Assembly (NCBI GenBank): GCA_031288595.1
Contig: JAITRB010000016.1
Span: 64,281 to 96,280 of the forward strand
Length of the DNA stretch: 32,000 nucleotides
Source: Puniceicoccales bacterium
Lineage (GTDB): Bacteria; Verrucomicrobiota; Verrucomicrobiia; Opitutales; JAIRLG01
Direction: 5' to 3'
The stretch's first letter is position 1. Each line of letters starts with the position of its first letter. The notes below the pieces were generated by a model that was given only the letters and a program-made list of their open reading frames with translations, was not told the origin of the DNA and searched no databases. The translations under genes and the position numbers were made by a program. This document shows positions 1 to 7,973 of this stretch, piece by piece.

Positions 1-34
1 GAGAAAAGGTGAAGGGGGTGTTCGCTCTTAAGTC

Positions 35-847
35 CTATGGATTGGGGCTCGGCGCTCCGCCACCGGGTGGCTTACCCTTCCCAGAAGCTCCGGGCCCTCC
101 AGAAATTCTGCCGGTGTCAGCTGGACTCTGCTTGGCTTGGGCAGTCGGCGCGTCGAAGGAATGGGCGTGTTTTTGGAGATAGATGAAGAGCTGTGTCTTA
201 TCTTCGAACTGAAAATGGAACCCCTGAGGGCTTTCTCTCCTATTGCGGTTATTCACGACGGGCTGAAGCGTGAGGTCCCATTTGTCGCTGTCGAAGCTGT
301 AGTAGGCGTAGCGGAAGTCGGTGCAATGGCGGAAGAGGGTGACTTTGCCGCTGGATTTCTCGCCCGAAGAGGCTTGGCTGGGCCTGCTGAAGGATCTGCC
401 GGTTGAAGGCGAATTTTCCAGTTGGTAGTGCAAGCGCACCCGCCGTTTCTTCTCGTCGTACTCCAGGTGGTACTTGATGAATTTCCCATGCGGGTTGGCG
501 ATAAAGGGCGGCGTGCTGAAGTTCCACCAGTAGAGGCAATAGGCCCCCCATATTCCCGGATGCTCCTCGAAGTAGGGCTTTGCTGCCTGTGGGGGTAGGC
601 TCTTCAAACGGGTGGTATACATCCCATCCAGGCGGATATAGGATTCCCGCAGGCTGTTCTCCAAAAACTTTTTCGCGACGACCACGCCTTCCTTTTCCCA
701 GTCCGGTACGGCCTCCCGTTCCCAGAGCTCGACGAAGGTGGTCATCAGGGAGACTGAGGCTAGCAGAACGCTGCCGCTCAGCGCTAGGGCCAGCAGCATT
801 TCGATCAGCGAGAAGGCGTTCCGTCTCACGGGAAGATTTTTATTCAC
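35..847 (-). CDS. Prepilin-type N-terminal cleavage/methylation domain protein (T2SS/T4P minor pseudopilin-like)
   Basis: 270-aa ORF. The N-terminus MNKNLPVRRNAFSLIEMLLALALSGSVLLASV matches the class III signal / N-methylation motif (A/G-F-S/T-L-I-E followed by a hydrophobic helix). I recognise no motif in the rest of the protein. The C-terminal tail is Gly/Pro-rich. Confidence 0.7.
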   Translation of the reverse strand: MNKNLPVRRNAFSLIEMLLALALSGSVLLASVSLMTTFVELWEREAVPDWEKEGVVVAKKFLENSLRESYIRLDGMYTTRLKSLPPQAAKPYFEEHPGIWGAYCLYWWNFSTPPFIANPHGKFIKYHLEYDEKKRRVRLHYQLENSPSTGRSFSRPSQASSGEKSSGKVTLFRHCTDFRYAYYSFDSDKWDLTLQPVVNNRNRRESPQGFHFQFEDKTQLFIYLQKHAHSFDAPTAQAKQSPADTGRISGGPGASGKGKPPGGGAPSPNP

Positions 848-1022
848 ATTTCCTTAACTGTCAACGCAGCGCATCGCTGTGCTCGGCCACCGAAGCCAAG
901 AAATCTCCATGGGCTCCCTCGAGGCTAAGCCTTCTGGATCTCCAATTTCCCCAGGGAACTTGGGGCCAGTGATCCTCTCCGAGGATAACAGTGGGGCTGG
1001 AGAGAGGTATTTGCGCTCGGCG

Positions 1023-1121
1023 GCCGCCTTTGGGGCCCTTCGGGCCCAGCCCGCCCTGCGGGCGGGCTCCGGGGCAGGACAATGAAAGAGATCTTTCATT
1101 GTCCTGCCCCGCAAAGGCGGC
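1023..1121 (+). repeat. Cloverleaf-like intergenic repeat, copy 1 (closing stem, short hairpin, GC core hairpin, long variable hairpin)
   Basis: Closing stem GCCGCCTTTG (1023-1032) pairs with CAAAGGCGGC (1112-1121). Short hairpin GGGCCC-ttc-GGGCCC at 1033-1047. Core GCCCGC-cct-GCGGGC at 1049-1063. Long hairpin has a perfect 18-bp stem, 1071-1088 with 1093-1110. The + strand is defined as the orientation with the short hairpin 5' of the core. Confidence 0.8.
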
Positions 1122-1185
1122 ATGAGGAAATGCAGAAGCTCCGATCCCGCGAATCAGCCCTCGGGTCATCGAAGTTCACCAGGAG

Positions 1186-1878
1186 CTAGGGGAGCAGTTG
1201 CTCTATCGCTTCCCGGGCAGCAGCCTCCTGTGCGCGTTTCTTGGATGACGAGTGAGAACGACCGTAGAGCCTGCCATTGAGCCACAGCTCGACCTCAAAG
1301 AGCTTCTGCGGGGCCGCTCCCTCTTCCCTTACCAGTCGGTACTCGATGCTCCAGGTCGGGCTCTGACTCTGGGCATACTCCTGAATCCGTCCCTTGGGAT
1401 TGTAGTCCCGCATGAGCGATTCCAGATGGCTTCGGATGTCCCCTAAGCACTTCAGGATCACCCGTCTGGTCTTGGCGAATCCCGCTTCGAGAAAAATAGC
1501 CCCCACCAGAGCTTCGAGCACATCCTCCACGGCGGAAGAGGCTAGGGGCCCACCGGAGGCCGCTTCGTCGAAATGTATCCATGGGCGCAATTCCATCTTT
1601 TCCGCCAACGCCGACAGGAATTTCCCACTGGCCAATGCGCTCCTGTAAACCGTGAGCTCTCCCTCCGCCTTGTCCGGAAAGGTCCGAAAGAGTGCCTCTG
1701 CCAGAATGGCTGACAGAACCGCATCGCCCAAAAATTCCAGGCGCTCGTAGTTCTCCGTTGCCGAAACTGACGGGTGTGTCAGTGCTTTCTGCAAAAGCTC
1801 CTCCGACCTAAGGCGATAGCCAAAGATTTTCCCCAAAGCCTTCACCGGCGGAGACTCTTCTCCAGAAAACCCGCTCAT
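1186..1878 (-). CDS. rnc: Ribonuclease III
   Basis: 230-aa ORF with the RNase III signature ERLEFLGDAVL and a C-terminal dsRNA-binding-like region. Its start overlaps the stop of the upstream GT8 gene (ATGA at 1875-1878). Confidence 0.95.
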   Translation of the reverse strand: MSGFSGEESPPVKALGKIFGYRLRSEELLQKALTHPSVSATENYERLEFLGDAVLSAILAEALFRTFPDKAEGELTVYRSALASGKFLSALAEKMELRPWIHFDEAASGGPLASSAVEDVLEALVGAIFLEAGFAKTRRVILKCLGDIRSHLESLMRDYNPKGRIQEYAQSQSPTWSIEYRLVREEGAAPQKLFEVELWLNGRLYGRSHSSSKKRAQEAAAREAIEQLLP

Positions 1879-2867
1879 GAGCTTTTCGTTCCCAGGTAAC
1901 TCCTGAGGGGATCCCGAATTGCCTTTCGGAAAAATCTCTCGATGCAGGACAGGCTATGCCACGGCGAGAATCCCCTCACTGGCTTCGTCCTCTTCGCCGC
2001 TTCTCGTAGGGCTTGAAACTTCTCTGCGAAGGGAGTTCGAAAGGCCGTTTGCCAGAAGAGGTGGGTCAAGTAGTAGCAATCCCAGCGCCGTGGCAGCTTT
2101 GGCCGGATGTTCTTCGGTACACGGGCCAGTTGCGCTTCCAGTTTTTCCGAAAAGGCCTTCCAGGGCTTTTGGTAGATGAAATGGACGATGCTCATCTCTT
2201 CCAAACTGCCCGAGGTCCTGTAGTCAAATCGATTCCAACGGGGCTGGAGCGGACAGAACTGCCCCTCGGCGAGGATATTCAGCGGGTCCTGTTCGGGAAA
2301 ATCGAAGGGCCCCCTTGCCCGTATGAGGGCCACCAGGCGCTCCGTCAGCCCTTCGCTCCGCCATCGGATGGGCTCGATGAGCAGAACGCCCACGTTGAAG
2401 TAATCCGCATCTTGCGGCCGTCCCAGCCGGCGGTTGTGCCACCGCAGCGGACTAACGCCCCGTTCCGAGCGCGCCGCGAAGGCATGGCCTCCAAGTTCGG
2501 AATGGTAGAGTGACTCCCATTCGCCCAGCACCAATGTGTCGCTGTCCAGGTAGAGGATGCGAGGGGACTCGGGTAGGATTTCCGGAAGGAATATCCGGGC
2601 ATAAACCGCCGGACTGGGATATTTTTCCGTCACGGGCAATGAGCGAACGGCTTCCGGTAAGGAATGAAAGTGGAGCTTCAGGAAAGGGAAGTTCTTTTCC
2701 AACTGCTTCATTTTGAACTGGGAATTTTCCGAAATCGCGTCGTCCAGCACGTGCGCCTGCACTGGAACCCGGCCATGGTGATGCTCCATCAGCGACCAGA
2801 GCGCCACCGCCGTAAAGGGCACATAGGCTTCATCACAGGCAAAGGCGACGTGTAGGATCTCTTCCAT
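1875..2867 (-). CDS. Glycosyltransferase family 8 (LPS glycosyltransferase-like)
   Basis: 330-aa ORF with GT8-like N-terminus HVAFACDEAY, a DxD motif in YLDSDTLVL, and FNVGVLLI. Translationally coupled to rnc. Confidence 0.8.
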   Translation of the reverse strand: MEEILHVAFACDEAYVPFTAVALWSLMEHHHGRVPVQAHVLDDAISENSQFKMKQLEKNFPFLKLHFHSLPEAVRSLPVTEKYPSPAVYARIFLPEILPESPRILYLDSDTLVLGEWESLYHSELGGHAFAARSERGVSPLRWHNRRLGRPQDADYFNVGVLLIEPIRWRSEGLTERLVALIRARGPFDFPEQDPLNILAEGQFCPLQPRWNRFDYRTSGSLEEMSIVHFIYQKPWKAFSEKLEAQLARVPKNIRPKLPRRWDCYYLTHLFWQTAFRTPFAEKFQALREAAKRTKPVRGFSPWHSLSCIERFFRKAIRDPLRSYLGTKSS

Positions 2868-2906
2868 GGACTAATATTTGGAGTCTTTCTGTGAATTGTG
2901 AGGGTT

Positions 2907-2993
2907 CCGCTGTCTTGGCCCCATGAAAATTTTTCTCATTTTCATGGGGATGCCCGCTGCGCGGGCGCTCCCTTTGGGAGCCAAAGATAGCGG
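2907..2993 (-). repeat. Cloverleaf-like intergenic repeat, copy 2 (inverted orientation)
   Basis: Closing stem 2907-2918 pairs with 2981-2993 (one bulge, one G-T pair). Long hairpin CCCCATGAAAAT (2919-2930) pairs with ATTTTCATGGGG (2938-2949). Core GCCCGC-tgc-GCGGGC at 2952-2966. Short hairpin GCTCCC-ttt-GGGAGC at 2967-2981. Confidence 0.75.
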
Positions 2994-3065
2994 ATAGGAA
3001 GCCCTATGCCGGGCCAATTCCCCCTGTCTCCGAAGCCAATGTATGAAAAAATTTTTCAATGGGGT

Positions 3066-3593
3066 TTAGAGAAAGTGTTTGGAGAAAATTTCCTCCAATA
3101 GGCCTTCCAGGTCTCTCGCCTCTATGGGTTCCGGCAGCCAATCACGGAGGCGGCAGCAGTGGGAGCGGATGTCATCGGGATAGCGCTCAAGATCGCCGTT
3201 GACGTTGAGGCCCACCCCGCAGGCCGCCAGATGAACCTTTTCCGATACCACCCGGGTTTCCGTCAGGATCCCGCCGAGCTTGCGCCCCTGGATCATCAGG
3301 TCATTGGGGTACTTGAGCGCTACGGGTACCTGATGGCGCTCCCGCAGCGCCTGGCTGAGAAGAATGGCCACTTTGGTAGAGCAGTGCCGAAAGTCCTGTG
3401 CGACCTGCCGGGGCTGCCAGAGGATCGTCCAGTAGAGATTGCCTGGGTCGTCGCTGTACCAGCTGTGATCCCCCCGTCCCCGACCTGCGAACTGCCGCGA
3501 CGCGACGACGACGAAGGGCGGAGCCTTTTCAGCACTCAGGCGAAAGGCCTCGTCATTCGTGCTATCGACCACATCCCGGCGCAGGGTTTCCAT
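3066..3593 (-). CDS. birA: Biotin--[acetyl-CoA-carboxylase] ligase, catalytic domain only (short form)
   Basis: 175-aa ORF with BPL motifs DSTN, GRGRGDHSW (biotinyl-AMP loop), KYPNDL and GVGLNVN. There is no N-terminal HTH. Only about 45 aa follow the GxGxNxN motif, so the usual C-terminal domain seems absent. Confidence 0.8.
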   Translation of the reverse strand: METLRRDVVDSTNDEAFRLSAEKAPPFVVVASRQFAGRGRGDHSWYSDDPGNLYWTILWQPRQVAQDFRHCSTKVAILLSQALRERHQVPVALKYPNDLMIQGRKLGGILTETRVVSEKVHLAACGVGLNVNGDLERYPDDIRSHCCRLRDWLPEPIEARDLEGLLEEIFSKHFL

Positions 3594-4032
3594 GGGAAAT
3601 TCTCTTCTAAAAAATGTCGAAGATGAGCATCGCGAATCCCTGGAGCAGCGCGGTTCCCAGGAGCAGGTAGAGGGCGAGCCGGTCGCAGAGGCTCTGGCTT
3701 CCCCCTCGCTGTTCCGCCCGACGGCAGGAGGATGCGAGGATCCTCGACGAGCGCCGCTGCAGCGACCCGCGGTAGCGATTCAGAAGATGCGTCAGGTCTT
3801 TCGGACTGAGAGGATCGCGGCCCATAATTTCTTTCTATCATCTCCGAGGAACCACTCAAGGCGAAAGAGGGGAAAAGAATTTCGGAAAAGAACGGGGCTT
3901 TTCTGGAATATTTTCTCTCGGAGGAACGGTGGAGTCCTTTTGCCCCGTGAAGAACTTTCTCTTCTTAGTCATCATCGGGAACCCCAGAGCTTTTGCTCTT
4001 GCTTCCGTGACTTTCTTCTCCTCAGTAAAATC

Positions 4033-4133
<101 letters not shown>

Positions 4134-4364
4134 CTTTCCCTCTTTCGACTTTCGGCCTAGATGGAATTTCTGGAGGGAAGAAAGGTGCGGACCGGCTCTC
4201 TAAAACTTCCGCCTTAGGCTTTTTTCGGTGGAGTTTTGAGCCTGAGTGTTCCGAAAAGGAGCTTTTCCCCTTCCATACCAGATTCCGGCTTGAGGGGATT
4301 GTTTGGCTCCGAATGAAGGGAAAGCGTCCCTGCAGAAGTTTGGATTTTTCCAGGGCGGTTCTGT

Positions 4365-4493
4365 CCGCTGCCTTTGGATTCCGGAGGAATCGCCCGCGAA
4401 GCGAGCCCCAGAGCAGAAGAGGAAAAATTTCCCTATGGAGGCAGAGGGGCTGAGAGTCTTTATTTTTCCTCTTCTGCTCTGCAAAGGCAGCGG
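4365..4493 (+). repeat. Cloverleaf-like intergenic repeat, copy 3 (expanded long arm)
   Basis: Closing stem CCGCTGCCTTTG (4365-4376) pairs with CAAAGGCAGCGG (4482-4493). Short hairpin GATTCC-gga-GGAATC at 4377-4391. Core GCCCGC-gaa-GCGAGC at 4392-4406 has one mismatch. Long hairpin has perfect 20-bp arms, 4409-4428 with 4462-4481, and a 33-nt loop. Confidence 0.8.
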
Positions 4494-4606
4494 CGAGTAT
4501 CCGCAAAAGCATTTGTCTTTCCCGAAAACAGAAACCCCATCCTGATTCCTGTAAACGGTCCCTTTCCCAAGAAAGTTCCCGAAGCTACGGGAATGGGAGC
4601 AGCTCC

Positions 4607-5029
4607 TCAGCGCTTGGAGAACTGGAAGTGCTTACGGGCGCCGGGCTGACCGGATTTCTTCCGCTCCTTCATCCGTCCATCCCGACTCAGATGATCGGCC
4701 TTTTTCAGGGAAGAGCGCAGGCTCGCATCCATCTTTTGAAGAGCCCTGGCAATACCCAGGCGAAGCGCACCGGCTTGGCCCTGGATTCCCCCGCCCAGTA
4801 CCGTCGCCGTCACATCGAATTTATCCGTCAATGCCACACACTGCAGCGGAGAAATGGCTTCCCGACGGGCACTTTCGAGGCAGAGGTAGTGCTCCCAAGC
4901 CCGTCCGTTGATGAGAAATTTCCCTTCGCCGGCCCGAAGCCGTACCTTAGCCACCGCTGCCTTGCGCCGACCGGTACCGAGAAATTCCGCCGCCGCTTCC
5001 GTCCCAACGCTCCTCTCATCGGATGCCAT
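4607..5029 (-). CDS. rpsI: 30S ribosomal protein S9
   Basis: 140-aa ORF with the characteristic GGGxxGQAGA segment (GGGIQGQAGALRLGIARAL) and the basic C-terminal ...ARKHFQFSKR. It sits in the conserved rplM-rpsI pair. Confidence 0.95.
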   Translation of the reverse strand: MASDERSVGTEAAAEFLGTGRRKAAVAKVRLRAGEGKFLINGRAWEHYLCLESARREAISPLQCVALTDKFDVTATVLGGGIQGQAGALRLGIARALQKMDASLRSSLKKADHLSRDGRMKERKKSGQPGARKHFQFSKR

Positions 5030-5040
5030 AGAATTTGAAC

Positions 5041-5472
5041 TTAAATTTCCAGTGGGATGGGATTCTGGGCCTCATGGGGATGCGTCGCTCCCGCGTAGAC
5101 CTTCAGCTTTTTGAACATGGTGCTGGCGAGGCGATTCTTGGGCAACATCCCTTTGACCGCGTGTTCGACGAGAAAGCAGGGCCTCCGCGTCCGCAGGGTC
5201 TTTGCCGAGAAACGCCTCTCATTGCCCTGGTACATGGAGTAGAACATGTAATCCTTGTCCTCATCCTTTTTCCCAGTCAGACGTACCTTCTCCGCATTCA
5301 CGATGACGACGAAATCCCCCTCATCCATGTGCGGCGTGTAGCTGACCTTGTGCCGCCCGCGCAGAACATTGGCCACCTTGACCGCTAGACGCCCCAAGTT
5401 CCCCTTGGCCGCATCGACGAGGAACCACTTCTTCGCGTTCATGTCCACCTTTTTGACCAGCGTCGTTTTCAT
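5041..5472 (-). CDS. rplM: 50S ribosomal protein L13
   Basis: 143-aa ORF. KKWFLVDAAKGNLGRLAVKVANVLRGRHK and GDFVVIVNAEKV are typical L13 sequence. It lies immediately upstream of rpsI. Confidence 0.95.
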   Translation of the reverse strand: MKTTLVKKVDMNAKKWFLVDAAKGNLGRLAVKVANVLRGRHKVSYTPHMDEGDFVVIVNAEKVRLTGKKDEDKDYMFYSMYQGNERRFSAKTLRTRRPCFLVEHAVKGMLPKNRLASTMFKKLKVYAGATHPHEAQNPIPLEI

Positions 5473-5563
5473 CGGAGCATCAGCAACTGAGCTGCAAGCT
5501 AGAGTCCTCGCTCCTCTCTGTCAAACTTTTTTCTCTTAACAGCGGGCGGATTTACTCCTGGGT

Positions 5564-5908
5564 TCAGCCCGGTGGCCAGCCCATGGATCGGCCGGCGAGG
5601 AGGTGGATGTGCAGATGTGGCACCGTTTCTCCGGCCATGCGCCCGTTATTGATGACGAGGCGATAGCCATCGGTGAGCTTTTCCCTTGCGGCAAAGGCTC
5701 TGGCCGTGAGCAATAGCTTCCCGAGCAATGCCGCCTCCTCTTCCTCTGCCTCAGAAATGCGCGGAATGGGTTTCTTGGGAATGATGAGCGCGTGGACAGG
5801 AGCCTGAGGAGCGATGTCCTTGATGACGAGAGCCTCTTCGGTCTCCAGGAGAATTTCGGCCGGAATCTTCCGGCAGATGATCTTTTGAAAAAGGGTCAAT
5901 TCCTCCAT
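5564..5908 (-). CDS. HIT family (histidine triad) nucleotide hydrolase
   Basis: 114-aa ORF with the histidine triad HLHIHLL near the C-terminus. Confidence 0.9.
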   Translation of the reverse strand: MEELTLFQKIICRKIPAEILLETEEALVIKDIAPQAPVHALIIPKKPIPRISEAEEEEAALLGKLLLTARAFAAREKLTDGYRLVINNGRMAGETVPHLHIHLLAGRSMGWPPG

Positions 5909-6134
5909 ATCTCTCTGTGAAAAGCCATGAGATTATTAGTCTTGCGGACTATCTCTCCACTTCAAGTTTTAAAAAGTTCCCGTAAAGGAGCGGAGTTTAA
6001 TCTTCAGAAAAGCAGACGGCTTGGGGGAGGATAGGCCAGAATCCTTCAGGGACTTTCCCTATATTTTCCTTTTGTCAGTCGGGACAAAATCTTTATCCTA
6101 AGCCGTTGCAAACGGAGACCTTCGGAATAAGGAG

Positions 6135-7973
6135 ATGGGAGATTCACCGCAGATTACTCGCTCTACCGGGCTTGCACCGCTTGGGCCAAGTGAAGGGATC
6201 CAAGGCCGTCCTTCGATTGCGCTCTTAAAGAGAGATCGACAGGTCTCTCTTTCGGCGGAACAGCAACCCAGTATCCCGGTGCAGCCACTTAGCCTCAGGT
6301 CTCATCCCCAGAATCGTAGGCAGAATGAGGGATTGGATGCCATAGGGGAAACATTGACTGGGGCGAGCGCTACTGGCGATCTTCAGAACTTACGCGATCG
6401 ACTGGATGAGGCTCGGAAAAAATGGCAGTCCGGTGGAGCTGATTCTTTTGCCGAACTGGCCGAAGTGCTCGCGGATATTGCTTCAACTTTGGCGCAATCC
6501 CCAGCGGGATTGGATGGGAAAACCTCGCAGGCGATCTTGGATCTTTTGTATGGGGATATCGATCCATCGGCGAAAGATTCGCCTCTTTCGCCGGAAGAGT
6601 TTCGCAGTTGTGTGAACGCTTTGGCTCAGCTGGTGGGTGAAGTGAAGGCCATTATAGGAGAATCCCATCCTGTGCTGGATCTATTTCATTTTTCTCCCCA
6701 AGAAGGCCGTGAAGTGGCCGTTGTTTTCAGGAATAGTGATGGGGAACTGATGGCCCTGCAAGGCGAGGGAACAGGCGATGGAATCCAAGTCGAGGGAAAA
6801 GCAGAGCGACTGGCAGATTTCGTCACCAAGCATGCTGATGTTGATATCCCATTATTAGTTGTTCCCCGAGAGATCGTTTCAGGAGATTCCCTAGAAACAG
6901 ATGCCGAGCTTAGGGCAAGTGCAGCGAGCACAGATCGAGAGATGCTGAACCTTAAAATTAGAGGCAGTGTATATACTGTTCCCGCGGGAGCTCTTCAGGG
7001 GACAGATGTGGAGTATGCCCGAGAGGCGATAGAGAGAGGTTTGAAGTCTTTGCAGAAGATCATGGCTGGCAATCCTGATGAGTTACGGAAAAATTCTCCC
7101 ATTCATTCACGTCAGGACATGGCGGATCTTATGTGGGCATTGGATGCAGAAGCCTGGAAGATCAGTCCCAGATACCAGGCTAGCGGGAGTGCGATGTATG
7201 TGTCCGATGCGGAGAATAAAATATACGCGGCCCTATTGGGAGCGAAAGATGGAGAAGGGAAACCGTTTGCCTATTTCCGTGGAGGGAAGAACGACAGCTC
7301 TCATCTGCAGCCTTTTCCAAACAGCAAAGCCTCGCAGTATGGATTCAATGCCTATGAGGATGGAGCATCGGCAACGGACCCGAGGGAGGTCAAGTTGCCC
7401 TATGGGAAAAATACGCTGTTATTCGGTAAATTGGAAAAGACTGAGAGCGGTTTTGGCAAAAATCGAAGCTTTATAAAGCTTGAAAGCTACGGGACAGACA
7501 GCCGAGGGACGGGTATCAAGGCCCGCTGGAATTCCTTTAAGAATCTGTTATGCCACGGTTTGGAATGGTTCACAAAGTGCCTCTGTGGTATCGATTCCTC
7601 TACTAGGGAAAGTAATTTCACAGAGAAGACGACCTCTATTCACAGAGCGGTCTCTTCCTTCTGCGAAGAGCATGGCAATGGAGTCGAGGGTGATTTCTGG
7701 AATGGCCTAAAATCAGCTGCCGAGCGCGGTTTAACTGCATTGGCTCAGCATGTCGAAAAACTCAAGGCAATGGATCTCCCCCCAAAGCAAGCTGCGTTCC
7801 TCATGGAACTCGAGGGAAGCATCAATCGCCAACTTGAAGGGAGCATTTTAAAAGAGCATCAACTAGAAACCCTAGAAGAATGGCAGTCGAGCGGGGAGGG
7901 GGATGGACAATCGGCGTTAGCCTATTTCGCCAGGCACGATCAATCCGGAAGGGAGATCATTTTGGATCTATGA
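6135..7973 (+). CDS. Hypothetical protein, 612 aa, no recognisable domain
   Basis: Long uninterrupted ORF, and the only plus-strand gene between 0 and 13.8 kb. AAGGAG lies directly upstream of the ATG. The N-terminal ~70 aa are Ser/Pro/Gln-rich with no Sec-type hydrophobic region. It looks more AT-rich than its neighbours by eye. Confidence 0.6.
   Translation: MGDSPQITRSTGLAPLGPSEGIQGRPSIALLKRDRQVSLSAEQQPSIPVQPLSLRSHPQNRRQNEGLDAIGETLTGASATGDLQNLRDRLDEARKKWQSGGADSFAELAEVLADIASTLAQSPAGLDGKTSQAILDLLYGDIDPSAKDSPLSPEEFRSCVNALAQLVGEVKAIIGESHPVLDLFHFSPQEGREVAVVFRNSDGELMALQGEGTGDGIQVEGKAERLADFVTKHADVDIPLLVVPREIVSGDSLETDAELRASAASTDREMLNLKIRGSVYTVPAGALQGTDVEYAREAIERGLKSLQKIMAGNPDELRKNSPIHSRQDMADLMWALDAEAWKISPRYQASGSAMYVSDAENKIYAALLGAKDGEGKPFAYFRGGKNDSSHLQPFPNSKASQYGFNAYEDGASATDPREVKLPYGKNTLLFGKLEKTESGFGKNRSFIKLESYGTDSRGTGIKARWNSFKNLLCHGLEWFTKCLCGIDSSTRESNFTEKTTSIHRAVSSFCEEHGNGVEGDFWNGLKSAAERGLTALAQHVEKLKAMDLPPKQAAFLMELEGSINRQLEGSILKEHQLETLEEWQSSGEGDGQSALAYFARHDQSGREIILDL

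Noticed and set aside
2871-3059. 62-aa minus-strand ORF between the GT8 gene and birA
   Set aside because: It is composed largely of repeat copy 2 (2907-2993). The palindromic sequence generates an open frame by chance.
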